DNA of 64,000 nucleotides from Promethearchaeota archaeon (GCA_019057865.1 JAHLWP010000004.1:100045-164044); one strand, 5' to 3'; positions 20,103-30,258 are shown, numbered from the stretch's first letter. Program-made: numbers and translations. The notes: a model not told the origin generated them from the sequence alone.

Positions 20103-21517
20103 AGCAATGTAATTAAAACATCCAAAGCATCTAAGACTTTTTTGCCACTATCTGTTATGAAATATAACACTTTTTTTCCTTCTTTTTTTCTGGATATTAA
20201 TCCTTTAGTCTCTAACTCCTTTAGATGTTGATAAATTGCTGCTAAAGTAATACTTTCCATAGTTTCCTTAATTTTTGTTCCAGTTATTCCTTTAATACTA
20301 GTTAAAGAAATTTGCGATAAAATTTTCAATTTAGTTATAATTATTGAACCCTTTCCGGTTGTTTTAGTTTGGGAAGAAATAGCTTCCAAAACATAAGGAG
20401 CTTTCAATCCGCTTGCTGTAATGAGGCATACAATTTTCTCTTGGGCTTTAAATATTTTTTTCTGCTGTAGTATTCGAATTGCTCCAAATGCTAAAGCGGA
20501 GGCTGGTTCGGCAAAAATTCCTTCATTTCTTATGAGCTCATCTATAGAAGTTAATATTAAATCTTCTGGAACAGCAATTACAGTACCCTCACTCTCTTTA
20601 ATACATTTGATAGCTAAATCTTTATATATTGGATTTTTTACCAATATTCCTAATGCAAGAGAATTATGAATTTCCTTATTTGTCGGATTATTATCCTCAA
20701 ACTCTAAAAATTCATTTACAATGGGAGATAAGACTTGAGATTGTACACCGACTAATTTTGGAATAGTAGTAATAATATTCGCATCTTTAAGCTCATTAAA
20801 TCCTTTCCATAAGCTAACTAATAATTGTCCACTCCCCATAGGAATAATAACCAGATCAATTTTTCCGATTTGACTGATTATTTCATAGGCAATAGTTTTT
20901 TCAGCTTCAAGAGTAAGTGGATTTAATTCAGGGGTACATTGATAGTATTCAGAAAGGTCCTTTTGTTTTTGAATATAATCAATGGCATCATCTACAGTAT
21001 CTCCAACTAATTTTAATTCAGAATTATATGCTATCATTTGAGCTTTTTTACCTACATCGATTTTTTCAGGAATAATATTTAAACATTCCATTCCTTCAAG
21101 CGATGTGTAGGCTGCAATAGAGGCTCCTTGATTTCCGTTAGAAGCACATATAAATTTTTTAAAATCCCAACTACGAGCATGAGAAATTAGAAGTGCAGCA
21201 CAACGATCTTTAAAAGAATTAGTTGGATTTTGGGACTCATCCTTGAAATATAGATTTTCTATTCCTAATTTATCTCCAAATTTTTTAGAAGTTAAGCATG
21301 GAGTTCCACCTTCTCCTAAAGTAATATGAAAATCTGAACTAATTGGTGGGAAAGCAAATCTATAATCCCATATATTATTAACAATTTTTATAGGAGGAAA
21401 TTTTTCTTTTATTGAATTTATATCTGCTTTAAACCAAAGTAACCCCTTACATTCAGGGCACTTATATTCTATTGATGATTTAAACTTAAATTCTTTTTTG
21501 CATTCGATGCATGTCAA
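20099..21517 (-). CDS. thrC: Threonine synthase with an N-terminal Zn ribbon and a C-terminal winged-helix fusion
   Basis: LGEGGTP, KDESQNPTNSFKDR (PLP Lys), ASNGN, PMGSG, EPASA; C-terminal AAIYQHLKELETKGLI...YFITDSG wHTH. Confidence 0.85.
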   Translation of the reverse strand: MTCIECKKEFKFKSSIEYKCPECKGLLWFKADINSIKEKFPPIKIVNNIWDYRFAFPPISSDFHITLGEGGTPCLTSKKFGDKLGIENLYFKDESQNPTNSFKDRCAALLISHARSWDFKKFICASNGNQGASIAAYTSLEGMECLNIIPEKIDVGKKAQMIAYNSELKLVGDTVDDAIDYIQKQKDLSEYYQCTPELNPLTLEAEKTIAYEIISQIGKIDLVIIPMGSGQLLVSLWKGFNELKDANIITTIPKLVGVQSQVLSPIVNEFLEFEDNNPTNKEIHNSLALGILVKNPIYKDLAIKCIKESEGTVIAVPEDLILTSIDELIRNEGIFAEPASALAFGAIRILQQKKIFKAQEKIVCLITASGLKAPYVLEAISSQTKTTGKGSIIITKLKILSQISLTSIKGITGTKIKETMESITLAAIYQHLKELETKGLISRKKEGKKVLYFITDSGKKVLDALDVLITLL

Positions 21518-21714
21518 AAGGAGAGGCTTGCTAATAAGATAATTACCTCATTGATTATTTTTTATTTACTATAATAATTCATTTGTCATTTTAATAATTA
21601 AAGTCTCTGAACATTAATTCTTATTTTTTGTATCCCATCTCTTTTTATAAAAAAAGAAGAAGTGTTTATGTCTTTTTGGGATAGAATTATTTAAATAATA
21701 TAAATTACAATTAT

Positions 21715-21731
21715 TCGTAAATAATTTCCGA
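21715..21731. promoter_or_regulatory. Imperfect palindrome TCGTAAATAATTTCCGA upstream of the ZIP/DtxR operon; candidate metal-regulator operator
   Basis: TCG-T-AAAT-A-ATTT-C-CGA dyad; a second half-site TTCGTAAAT follows at ~21735. Confidence 0.4.
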
Positions 21732-21777
21732 TCATTCGTAAATCTGAAATAATTAATCTCAGAGGTATAAATTTAAA

Positions 21778-22533
21778 ATGTTATTATGGGTTATCTTATT
21801 TAGTGTTTTAGGAAGTGTAGGTGCAATACTAGCAGCTTCAATTTTCATTTTATTAGGTGAAAAAGTTCAAAATAAATTAGTTACAGCATTGCTCTCTTTT
21901 GCAACAGGAACTTTACTAACAGCTGCACTAATGGGTTTAATCCCTGAAGCAATTGAAGCTGTTGGAGAACCACATCTAATTACTCCAATAATTTTAGGAG
22001 GAATACTTTTTTTCTTCTTCTTAGAAAAATTTCTGATATGGAGAAATTGTCAAGTTAATGCATGTGAGGTTCATTCTCATGCTACTGGACCGTTAATATT
22101 AGTTGGTGATGCTTTTCACAATTTCACTGATGGGATAGTAATAGCAGCAGCTTTTCTTACTGATTTTCATATAGGTTTAGCAGCCGGTTTTACTATAATT
22201 ATGCATGAAATTCCTCAAGAGACTGGAGATTTCGCAATATTACTGCATGATGGAATGTCAAAAAAGAAAGCTCTTTTATATAATTTATTATCAAGTTCAG
22301 CAACAATACCCGCTGCGATTATTAGTTACTTTATTTTAGCTGTTTTTGAAGCAACGGTTCCAATCTTTTTGGCACTTTCAGCAGCTAGCTTTCTCTATAT
22401 AGCCTTATCAGATCTGACACCTCAACTTCATGAAAAGACAGAAACTAAAGAAATAATTAAGCAGCTAATTTTAGTTATTATAGGAATACTAATAATGGCT
22501 TTAATCCTTTCTATAGGAGGTCATAATCATTAA
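21778..22533 (+). CDS. ZIP-family metal transporter
   Basis: GDAFHNFTDG and HEIPQETGD signatures; about 8 TM. Confidence 0.95.
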   Translation: MLLWVILFSVLGSVGAILAASIFILLGEKVQNKLVTALLSFATGTLLTAALMGLIPEAIEAVGEPHLITPIILGGILFFFFLEKFLIWRNCQVNACEVHSHATGPLILVGDAFHNFTDGIVIAAAFLTDFHIGLAAGFTIIMHEIPQETGDFAILLHDGMSKKKALLYNLLSSSATIPAAIISYFILAVFEATVPIFLALSAASFLYIALSDLTPQLHEKTETKEIIKQLILVIIGILIMALILSIGGHNH

Positions 22534-22552
22534 TAATTAATTCTCTTTAAAT

Positions 22553-22987
22553 ATGTTAGATATGGATTATCAAATTTTGAAGATTATTTATAGGACTAAT
22601 GGGAATGCTAAGTTAAAACATATTCAAGAAGAAATTAAAACTTTAAAAGGAATTGAAATCCCACTATCAACAATTAATAGCTGTATTGAGAGACTTGAGA
22701 AGAAAAAATATGTTGATTGGATTAGGTATTCTCCTCTTAAATTAACGAACCGCGGTACCAATTTAGCTAAAGAATTAATACGCCATGCTCGATTATTGGA
22801 GTTATTATTATATAACGAATTAGAGTTAAGTGCTGAAGAAGCTCATACTGAAAGTGAAAAGTTCAATTTGCTTTTTTCATGTGAAACAATAAATAAGATC
22901 TGTGAAAAATATTCACATCCAGAAGAATGCCCTTGTGGAGAGGAAATTTCAAACTCTTCAGATTGCTTTTGTGAAAAAAAAGTTTAA
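22553..22987 (+). CDS. DtxR/MntR-family metal-dependent transcriptional regulator
   Basis: wHTH, LT..G..LA..L.RH.RLLE, HPEECPCGE.I. Confidence 0.85.
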   Translation: MLDMDYQILKIIYRTNGNAKLKHIQEEIKTLKGIEIPLSTINSCIERLEKKKYVDWIRYSPLKLTNRGTNLAKELIRHARLLELLLYNELELSAEEAHTESEKFNLLFSCETINKICEKYSHPEECPCGEEISNSSDCFCEKKV

Positions 22988-22991
22988 AATA

Positions 22992-23468
22992 TTATTTGAT
23001 AATATCATTAGAAGCATAAGCAGCTAAAATTTCTCCATAAAAATAGTGATGACTGCTTATATCTGATTTACTACCTTGGATTATTTTACATTCAAAACTT
23101 AACATTCAATCTTTTATGGTAGGTACTTTTGTTTTTTGTCCTGGAATAGTTTCCAATCCAGCTTTTTGAAATTTATCTGTATTTATCCCTGAATAAGATC
23201 CTGCGATATCAACAGCATGATACATGTTATTTGAAGGAATATTTATAGTAAATTCATTTACACCTTCCGTTAATAGAGTATAGGTATATCTACTATAGGC
23301 CACTTGTGCTCTTATAACTGTTTTGTCATCTATTTCTTCCATTTTTTTCCAATCCAATGCCATCATATTGAGTTTTCCACTTTTGTCCATTGTTACTATT
23401 AACGCTGTATTTCTTTTAAAAAGCTCAATATAATTAAATGGTTCAATTTCTTGCCTAGTATTCGTCAT
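22992..23468 (-). CDS. Flavin reductase/flavoredoxin-family protein with an in-frame TGA at 23106-23108 (possible Sec recoding or nonsense-mutated pseudogene)
   Basis: The frame continues past TGA: PTIKD*MLSFECKIIQGSKSDISSHHYFYGEILAAYASNDIIK, completing the family C-terminus (EC...H..F.GEI). Confidence 0.75.
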
Positions 23469-23483
23469 TTTTATTCTTTTTTT

Positions 23484-23723
23484 TTATGGTTTAAACTTTT
23501 CATCGTGAATAATCTTATCTATTGCTACTAAACATGCATCTTCCCAATCATCATCGGGATTAATACTTTTACAGCAGTCTGGGCACCAATCCTCAGGATA
23601 ACCCTCATCAAAATCATCGGCTTCCATATCACCATTTAGGGTGCTCCCACAATAAAAACAGACTCCTTCATCACACCTATCAATAATCTCAGAAACTAAT
23701 TCGATCTTTTTTCTTGACTTCAT
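23484..23723 (-). CDS. Small acidic zinc-finger protein
   Basis: CFYCG ... WCPDCC; 79 aa. Confidence 0.6.
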   Translation of the reverse strand: MKSRKKIELVSEIIDRCDEGVCFYCGSTLNGDMEADDFDEGYPEDWCPDCCKSINPDDDWEDACLVAIDKIIHDEKFKP

Positions 23724-23800
23724 TTTTAATCATAAAATTTTGATTTAAAATATAATAGAATAAGAAAAAAAACAATATAAGTATTTTAATCAAATGTTTA

Positions 23801-24835
23801 TTATATAATATTTGCAGTAACTTCCCTTAATCTTTTTTCTGCACCCTTAACGATCTCTTCAATAATATCTTTAACATTATCTATAGAGTTAATTACTCCA
23901 ATACTCTGACCAAGAAGAACTGCTCCATCTTCAATATTTCCATCATATGTCATTTCATAATTCTTTTGATCTTCTAAAGCTATTTCTGGAGTTAATTGTG
24001 CCTCTAATGCCATTTTTTCTTCTTTAGAAGATACTACACCATGGTGTAGGGAATAATTATTTTTCCAGAGGCGTATAGGTCCTAAAACACCTGTAACCCA
24101 CATAGTATCTTGAGCTTTAGCAGGAGGAATTATATTTTTATAATTATCATGAAATTCACTTTCTTTTGATGCTATAAACCTGGAACCCATTGCGATCGCT
24201 CCCGCCCCCATTGCTAAGGCAGATGCTAGACCATCTCCACTTGCAAATCCCCCACATGCAATCATAGGAGTGTCAGGGAATGCTTGTTTTACCTGTTGGA
24301 TTAAGACTAAGGTAGATATTTTTTCATAACTCTGATGCCCTCCCCCTTCAAGACCAGTAACTACAAGGCCATCCACTTCAGCAGTAACACATTTATCAAC
24401 AAGCCATAATGCAGGAGCCACATGAAAATGCTTTATATTAGAGCCAGCTTCTTTCAATCTCTCATATGAATTATTATGTATCATTTTTGGAGTACCTGCG
24501 CTAGTAATTGCATAAATACATTGATCCCTAAGTTTTGGATTGTTCCTAATAAATCTAGGAATTGCTCGACATAAACCTGGAGCATCAACTTGCAATCTTG
24601 ATGTTCTTATGTTGAATCCGAAAGGTTTATCAGTGTGTTCAATTACTCGCACCATATTTTTCTTCAATTCTTCTGTGCTACTTTTTCCAAATAAATTAGT
24701 ATGGCTTAATACTCCTAAACCTCCCGCTTCAGAAACGGCAATAGTTAATTCTGTTGTGTAAAAGGGACCCATAGGAGCAGCAATAATAGGATGTTTAATT
24801 CCTAACATCTCAGTTATATTAGTTTTTATAACCAT
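23801..24835 (-). CDS. Nitronate monooxygenase / FabK-type enoyl reductase family flavoprotein
   Basis: HPIIAAPMG, VSEAGGLG, GLEGGGH, ACGG, MGSRF, GQS. Confidence 0.92.
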   Translation of the reverse strand: MVIKTNITEMLGIKHPIIAAPMGPFYTTELTIAVSEAGGLGVLSHTNLFGKSSTEELKKNMVRVIEHTDKPFGFNIRTSRLQVDAPGLCRAIPRFIRNNPKLRDQCIYAITSAGTPKMIHNNSYERLKEAGSNIKHFHVAPALWLVDKCVTAEVDGLVVTGLEGGGHQSYEKISTLVLIQQVKQAFPDTPMIACGGFASGDGLASALAMGAGAIAMGSRFIASKESEFHDNYKNIIPPAKAQDTMWVTGVLGPIRLWKNNYSLHHGVVSSKEEKMALEAQLTPEIALEDQKNYEMTYDGNIEDGAVLLGQSIGVINSIDNVKDIIEEIVKGAEKRLREVTANII

Positions 24836-25261
24836 TAACTTATACCTTCTTTCCTCTTTTTTAGTATTAATAATATTATTGATAGTGAAAAATAAAGAAC
24901 TTATATAAACTTTGTATCCATTTAAAAAGAATTAAATTAAAATTAGATATTTTTGATAAAAAAAGTTATAAAATACTTAAGCTAAGAATTAAGTTCTGAG
25001 CAAATTTTTTTCTTTCAAGCATTTAAAATATGAAAACACATTTTCCCACAGAATTCCCATTAATCTCTTAAGAAGAAAAAGCAAATTCATAATGAATATG
25101 ATTTCTGAGCTTATCTTCCCCTAATAATCTATATTTCTTTATTAGTGAATTTTATTTATGTAGTATTTGAGGTATTATTAACTACTTCTAACTTTTTTTT
25201 GGTGAAATGATTATAATATTATTTAGAAATTTTTAATTTTTAAATTAGATTAAAGAAAATT

Positions 25262-26236
25262 ATGTGCCCAGATATAATTTCGTTAGGAGAATTATTAGTT
25301 GAGATAATGCGGAGTAATGTGGATATCCCACATGGAAGAATAGGCGCTATTTACAAAGGACCTTTTCCAAGTGGGGCTCCAGCGATATTTATTGACTCAG
25401 CAGCGCGAATGGGAAGGCAATTTAATTTATCAACTGGTTTTATAGGAGTAGTAGGAGATGATGAATTTGGAGAATGTATTATTAATAAATTGAAAAATGA
25501 CAGAGTAGATATTTCCCAAATTAAAGTCTTAAAGGATTCAACTACAGGAATAGCATTCAATCAATATAATTCTGATGGTTCACGTAAATTTATTTTTGCA
25601 GCTGGAGCTGCTGGAAAAACATCTCCTCATGATATAAAAGAAAATTATTTTTCAAAAATAAAAAGTTTGCATATAATGGGCAGTGCTCTCTCAATTAGTG
25701 AGAGTTCTCGAGAAGCATGTTACAAAGCCTTGAAAATAGCAAAACAAAAGAATCCAAGTGTTATTGTCTCATTTGATCCAAATATAAGACCTGAAATGCT
25801 TGATTTGAATACAATAAGAAGAATTTGTAAACCTGTATTAAAAGAAACAGATATTTTAATGCCAAGTGGAGAAGAGGCTGAAATGTTAGCAGGAGTTAAA
25901 GGTGAGAAAGAAGCCAGTATTAAGCTATTAGAAATGGGATCTAAATTGGTTGTGTTAAAGCAAGGAAAAGAAGGATGCATGATTTTTTCTTCTGAAAACC
26001 TGGATGGAGTAAAAGTTTCTGGATTTAAAGTGAATCAAGTTGATCCTACTGGAGCAGGAGATTCTTTTGGAGGAGCATTCATGGTGGGGTATTTGGTGGA
26101 TTGGGAATTAGTAAAAATTGCTAAATTTGCTAACGCTGTGGGGGCTTTAAAAGTCGCCAAATTTGGTCCAATGCCAGATACAACTTATGATGAAGTTTTA
26201 GAATTAATTAAAGCAAATGAAAGCGAAATAGAATAA
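25262..26236 (+). CDS. PfkB-family carbohydrate kinase
   Basis: GELLVE, GVVGDDEFG, FDPNIR, DPTGAGDSF. Confidence 0.93.
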   Translation: MCPDIISLGELLVEIMRSNVDIPHGRIGAIYKGPFPSGAPAIFIDSAARMGRQFNLSTGFIGVVGDDEFGECIINKLKNDRVDISQIKVLKDSTTGIAFNQYNSDGSRKFIFAAGAAGKTSPHDIKENYFSKIKSLHIMGSALSISESSREACYKALKIAKQKNPSVIVSFDPNIRPEMLDLNTIRRICKPVLKETDILMPSGEEAEMLAGVKGEKEASIKLLEMGSKLVVLKQGKEGCMIFSSENLDGVKVSGFKVNQVDPTGAGDSFGGAFMVGYLVDWELVKIAKFANAVGALKVAKFGPMPDTTYDEVLELIKANESEIE

Positions 26237-26237
26237 A

Positions 26238-28232
26238 TCATATTTTTTTCAAATGCAGTGAGTAAATACTAATTTCTGCAATTTTATTATTTTTTACTTC
26301 AAAATAACGAAATCCTGGAGGTTTATATCTTCTAAAACGCGAATTTATAGGACCAAGTGCTTGGGTTTGAAAGATAAAAGGCTTATTTACATCAAACCAA
26401 ATACTTAAATCCATTGGATCTTCGAATTTATTGATAAAATCTCTATATCTATCTGCATAGACTTCACAAGGAACATCAATAAAAATAGGAGCAAAAAGAT
26501 ATCCTATACTTAATCTTTCTGCTTCCACTTTTTTAGCTTCTTTTAACCTGAATTCTTTAACGGTATGAGTATGCCCACATAAAATTAGATCCACTTTTCT
26601 TTTAATAATTTCATCAGATCCAGTAAGTATTCTTAATAGATCTGGCCAGTTATACATAATGGTTTCATATTTTAAATTAAAGAGAGTATCTAATCTTGAA
26701 CTTCCTAATTTTTTTCTCAAATTATCTTCATAGAAATCAGACCATTTAAGCTTTCTATATTTTATTTTCAATTTTTTTCTATATTTTCTTCTTTTAAGAA
26801 TGCTTAAGTTTGGTGAAACAGGAGGTGTATGCATTACAATTATTATTTTTTCATCTTTACATAACTTTATATGTGCTCTCAATAAATCTATTTGATAATC
26901 TTTTAATCCTCTTGTGCTTGGAGCACCTCTAATAAGGTCATGAATATCCGCAATCGAATCTCTTCCTGTATCAACGAATATGAAATTAAAATTACCAATC
27001 TTTACTTTATAGTTAAGATTAGGATTGAAATATGTAAAATAATCTTTTAAAAATATTCGTTTAGAGTACAGAGCTCTAATATAGCTAAAATCTTTGCTAT
27101 CTTCATAATTTTTTATATCTTTTCTGGAAACTCCAAAGATTTTATGAATATTTCCTAATTTTATACTATAATGTCCTCTTCGATAATCATGATTTCCTGG
27201 AATTGTAAATATGGGACATAGAATCTCTTTTTTATTAATGTATTCCTTATCTGTTATTAAAAAAGGAGGTTTATTTAACCCTTTATTCAAACCAAGTAAT
27301 ATTTCAAATAAAACATGGAAATTGTTATTATAATCTTCATCATAGTTAGCTGGTTCAACATAGTCTACCAAATCACCACCAAGCAGAATAAAATCAAATT
27401 TATTATCATTTACAAAACTAATTAGCTTTCTTAAGTGATAATTAAAATTATAATTGGCACTGCGAAGGTCTTTAAATCTATACAATTGAAATCCTTTTTT
27501 AAAATCAAAATCTCTCTCTAACATAAATTTCTTAGTTTTACTAGGAATTCTAATGCTTTTACTCCGCTTTTTGACCTTCTCTCTTGTTCTCTCTTTTAAA
27601 AATTTTGAAATAAAATCGTTCCTTCTGGCTATATGTAAATCTGTTGCATGAATAAATTTTAAATTTTCTAAACCTTTATTAAATAAAGCAAGACTGTGAA
27701 AATTGGTGATTTCTTCATTTCTATTAGGAATTCGATAAATTATATCAAACAAAATAAATCTTCTTTCAGTTTTTTTAAATAATGCTTCGATACTTCTAAT
27801 ATCACTGATCTCAAATACAATCTTAAATAATTCATTTCTTTCTCCAAAGATTCCTTCTTCTTTTAAAATTGTATGCTGTAAATCAAAAAGAATACAATTT
27901 TCTTCTTTTAAGAGATTATTTTCACTAATGTTTTTATTTAAACTGGTTATTTCAATTAGTTTTAAAGGGTATCTCTCTCCCCTTCTTTCCAAGAATTTTC
28001 CCTCATCTTTTAAAATAGGTTGAATAAATGTATTAAGATGGAAATCCTTCCCAATTTCTGGAATAGTCTGTTTTGGGATAGTTATAATTATTGCTTCAAA
28101 AATTACATTTTTAAGATATTTGCCTTCTTTATTTTTAAAGTCTTCTAGATTTATTAGCTGAGGCTGTCCCAGATTAGGTTTGATTATTAAGGGAAAATCC
28201 CCCTTATTTAAGTCCAACTGAAATGTAGACAT
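26238..28232 (-). CDS. Calcineurin-like metallophosphoesterase with a long N-terminal extension
   Basis: TDLH, GGDLVD, PGNHD, MHTPP, GHTH. Confidence 0.88.
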   Translation of the reverse strand: MSTFQLDLNKGDFPLIIKPNLGQPQLINLEDFKNKEGKYLKNVIFEAIIITIPKQTIPEIGKDFHLNTFIQPILKDEGKFLERRGERYPLKLIEITSLNKNISENNLLKEENCILFDLQHTILKEEGIFGERNELFKIVFEISDIRSIEALFKKTERRFILFDIIYRIPNRNEEITNFHSLALFNKGLENLKFIHATDLHIARRNDFISKFLKERTREKVKKRSKSIRIPSKTKKFMLERDFDFKKGFQLYRFKDLRSANYNFNYHLRKLISFVNDNKFDFILLGGDLVDYVEPANYDEDYNNNFHVLFEILLGLNKGLNKPPFLITDKEYINKKEILCPIFTIPGNHDYRRGHYSIKLGNIHKIFGVSRKDIKNYEDSKDFSYIRALYSKRIFLKDYFTYFNPNLNYKVKIGNFNFIFVDTGRDSIADIHDLIRGAPSTRGLKDYQIDLLRAHIKLCKDEKIIIVMHTPPVSPNLSILKRRKYRKKLKIKYRKLKWSDFYEDNLRKKLGSSRLDTLFNLKYETIMYNWPDLLRILTGSDEIIKRKVDLILCGHTHTVKEFRLKEAKKVEAERLSIGYLFAPIFIDVPCEVYADRYRDFINKFEDPMDLSIWFDVNKPFIFQTQALGPINSRFRRYKPPGFRYFEVKNNKIAEISIYSLHLKKI

Positions 28233-28428
28233 GTATAAATCTAGTAATTCTGTAATTATTAATTTTTTTTATTTTATTTTTATTATCATTCATGAATAAG
28301 ATGGCTAAAAGAACGAAAACCTGAATGTTACCCTCAATTGGAACAATTACTAGGGAGATATTATGTATTATATTTTGATGAGAAAAAAAATAGATTAGCA
28401 AGACCTCTCAGGAAAAAGTAGTTTTAGG

Positions 28429-28515
28429 TGGGGTTATTGGGTCTGTTCAAACGCGAATCATAGATAAAGGATTATCGATATCTTACAATCCGGACAAAAG
28501 ACACGAATAACCCCA
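28429..28515. ncRNA. Candidate structured intergenic RNA element
   Basis: Perfect 10-bp outer stem TGGGGTTATT/AATAACCCCA, inner GTC-TGTTC/GGACA-GAC and GGATT/AATCC stems; GC-rich within an AT-rich spacer. Confidence 0.4.
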
Positions 28516-28803
28516 TATAATTGAGATTCAAATAACAATTTAAATCATAATCATTTAAAAATTTAATGATTGATATATCTGATTTATCGAAAAAATCAAA
28601 AATTTAAATAGGTAAAATTGGTATATTTCTTAAGGAATGTGATTGCTATCTTTGATAAGGAATATACTTATTTATATCAACACTTATTTGAACAAAAGAA
28701 ACTTAGGGTTTCATATTTAAACAAAAAATAAATTTTAAAATTCAAAATTCTAATTCTATATAAATAAAAAATAAACGAATCCATACTCCATAAAAACAAT
28801 AAA

Positions 28804-30258
28804 ATGACAGACGAGTTTAAAGAGGAAGAAAAGGAAAGTAAATCAGAAAAGGATAATGATAAAGTAGATAAAGAATTTTTATCGAAAGCTAAAAATTCAA
28901 GAGATATAATTGACAAAAAGTTAAGGACATTCGAGAATAGCATAGAAGACATTTCAGAAACAATTAGCAATGGTGAAACAGAGGTAGAAAAAGAACTCGA
29001 TAAAAAAGCATTAGAAGAAATTAACGAAGAAATAAAAGAATCTCTAATGAAACTTGATTCTATTTCAAAGAAAGTAGATGATAAAGAGGAATATCTTTCT
29101 GTTATTAAAGAAGAACTTACGACTCTCGAAGAAAAATACAATATAAAAACTGAAGAAATGAATAATTTAGAAGAGAGATTAAATATTATAAAGGAAAGCA
29201 AAGAAAACTTAGAGGAAGACTATAAAGAGCTTTTAAGAAATAATGAACAACTAGTTAAAACATATGAAACTAGACAAGTTGATTTAATCGTCCTTACGGA
29301 TTCTGTTAAAGAAAAGATAGCTTCTCAAGAAGATCTTCGAGCTAAAACTGCAAAATTGAACCAAAAAATTCAAGCAAATGAAGAAGAACTTGAAAAACAA
29401 AGAGAAGAAGCTGAAGCATTAGAAAAAAAGTTAAAAAGTCAGCATGCTGAGAATGAAACATTGAAAGTCTCTATTGCTAAAAATAAAATTGAATTAGATC
29501 ATTCGAATGCCGAAATTGAGGCAAAAGAAGAGGAAAGAAAAGTTTTAACTGAACAAATTGAAAAAAAGGAACGAAGAATAAAGGAAATTGAACAAATCAT
29601 TAAAGATCATCATGAAGGATTTCCTGAAATGGAAAAACAAAAAGAAACTTACGAGGAACTTCTTGCAAAATACAAGATTCAACTGACAGTGAAGCAGCAA
29701 CAGATGATTGATATAGAATCTCGAATTCAAGATTTAAATGAGTCTTTAGAGCCATTGAATGAGCAAATTAATGCTAGAGAAAGTTTAATAGAAGCAAATG
29801 AAAAAAGGATTGAAGATTTGAAGAAAGCCATTGAAAAATCCAATTTAGAATATATTGAACGAGAAGAAAGACTTAATGCTCTAACAGAAAAATTAGAACA
29901 TGTGGAAGGTGAACATGAAAAACTGAAGAAAGCAAAAGAAGTTATTGACAATAGCACGAATGATTCCCGAGTAATTCTTCAAAAATTAAAAGAAGAATTA
30001 GAGAATCAAGAAAAAGAAATAAGAGATAAAGAAAGCCGTATTCAAAGATTAGAAGTCTTATCTGCTATTTATCGTGCATCTAAATTTTTCGGAGGTATAT
30101 TATTAGCGGTTGGAATCTTTTTTGTTATTTGGATACTTGGAGTGATTTTAAATGTAATTGATTTAGGTGATTTAAATACTCCTGTTTTGGTTTTATTTTT
30201 AGCTATTGGTGCTGTTTTATCAATACTATCTGGATTTTTCCATTTAGAAAAATCTTAA
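28804..30258 (+). CDS. Long coiled-coil protein with two C-terminal TM helices
   Basis: About 420 aa of E/K-rich heptads, no Walker motifs, then two hydrophobic helices. Confidence 0.8.
   Translation: MTDEFKEEEKESKSEKDNDKVDKEFLSKAKNSRDIIDKKLRTFENSIEDISETISNGETEVEKELDKKALEEINEEIKESLMKLDSISKKVDDKEEYLSVIKEELTTLEEKYNIKTEEMNNLEERLNIIKESKENLEEDYKELLRNNEQLVKTYETRQVDLIVLTDSVKEKIASQEDLRAKTAKLNQKIQANEEELEKQREEAEALEKKLKSQHAENETLKVSIAKNKIELDHSNAEIEAKEEERKVLTEQIEKKERRIKEIEQIIKDHHEGFPEMEKQKETYEELLAKYKIQLTVKQQQMIDIESRIQDLNESLEPLNEQINARESLIEANEKRIEDLKKAIEKSNLEYIEREERLNALTEKLEHVEGEHEKLKKAKEVIDNSTNDSRVILQKLKEELENQEKEIRDKESRIQRLEVLSAIYRASKFFGGILLAVGIFFVIWILGVILNVIDLGDLNTPVLVLFLAIGAVLSILSGFFHLEKS

Noticed and set aside
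21631-21683. TATCCCA/TGGGATA inverted repeat between thrC and the ZIP gene
   Set aside because: Only 7 bp with a low-complexity interior; too weak to call
22800-22991. SECIS element downstream of the TGA-containing flavin reductase
   Set aside because: The AUGA occurrences on the minus strand do not form the AUGA/GA non-canonical quartet with an apical A-rich loop
28352-28412. GGAGA...GCAA...CTCTCAGG resembling a glycine riboswitch
   Set aside because: Lacks the CCGAAG core and the pairing stems, and no glycine-related gene lies downstream
28804-30258. SMC/Rad50 annotation for the coiled-coil protein
   Set aside because: No Walker A/B, signature, hinge or hook motif, and it has TM helices
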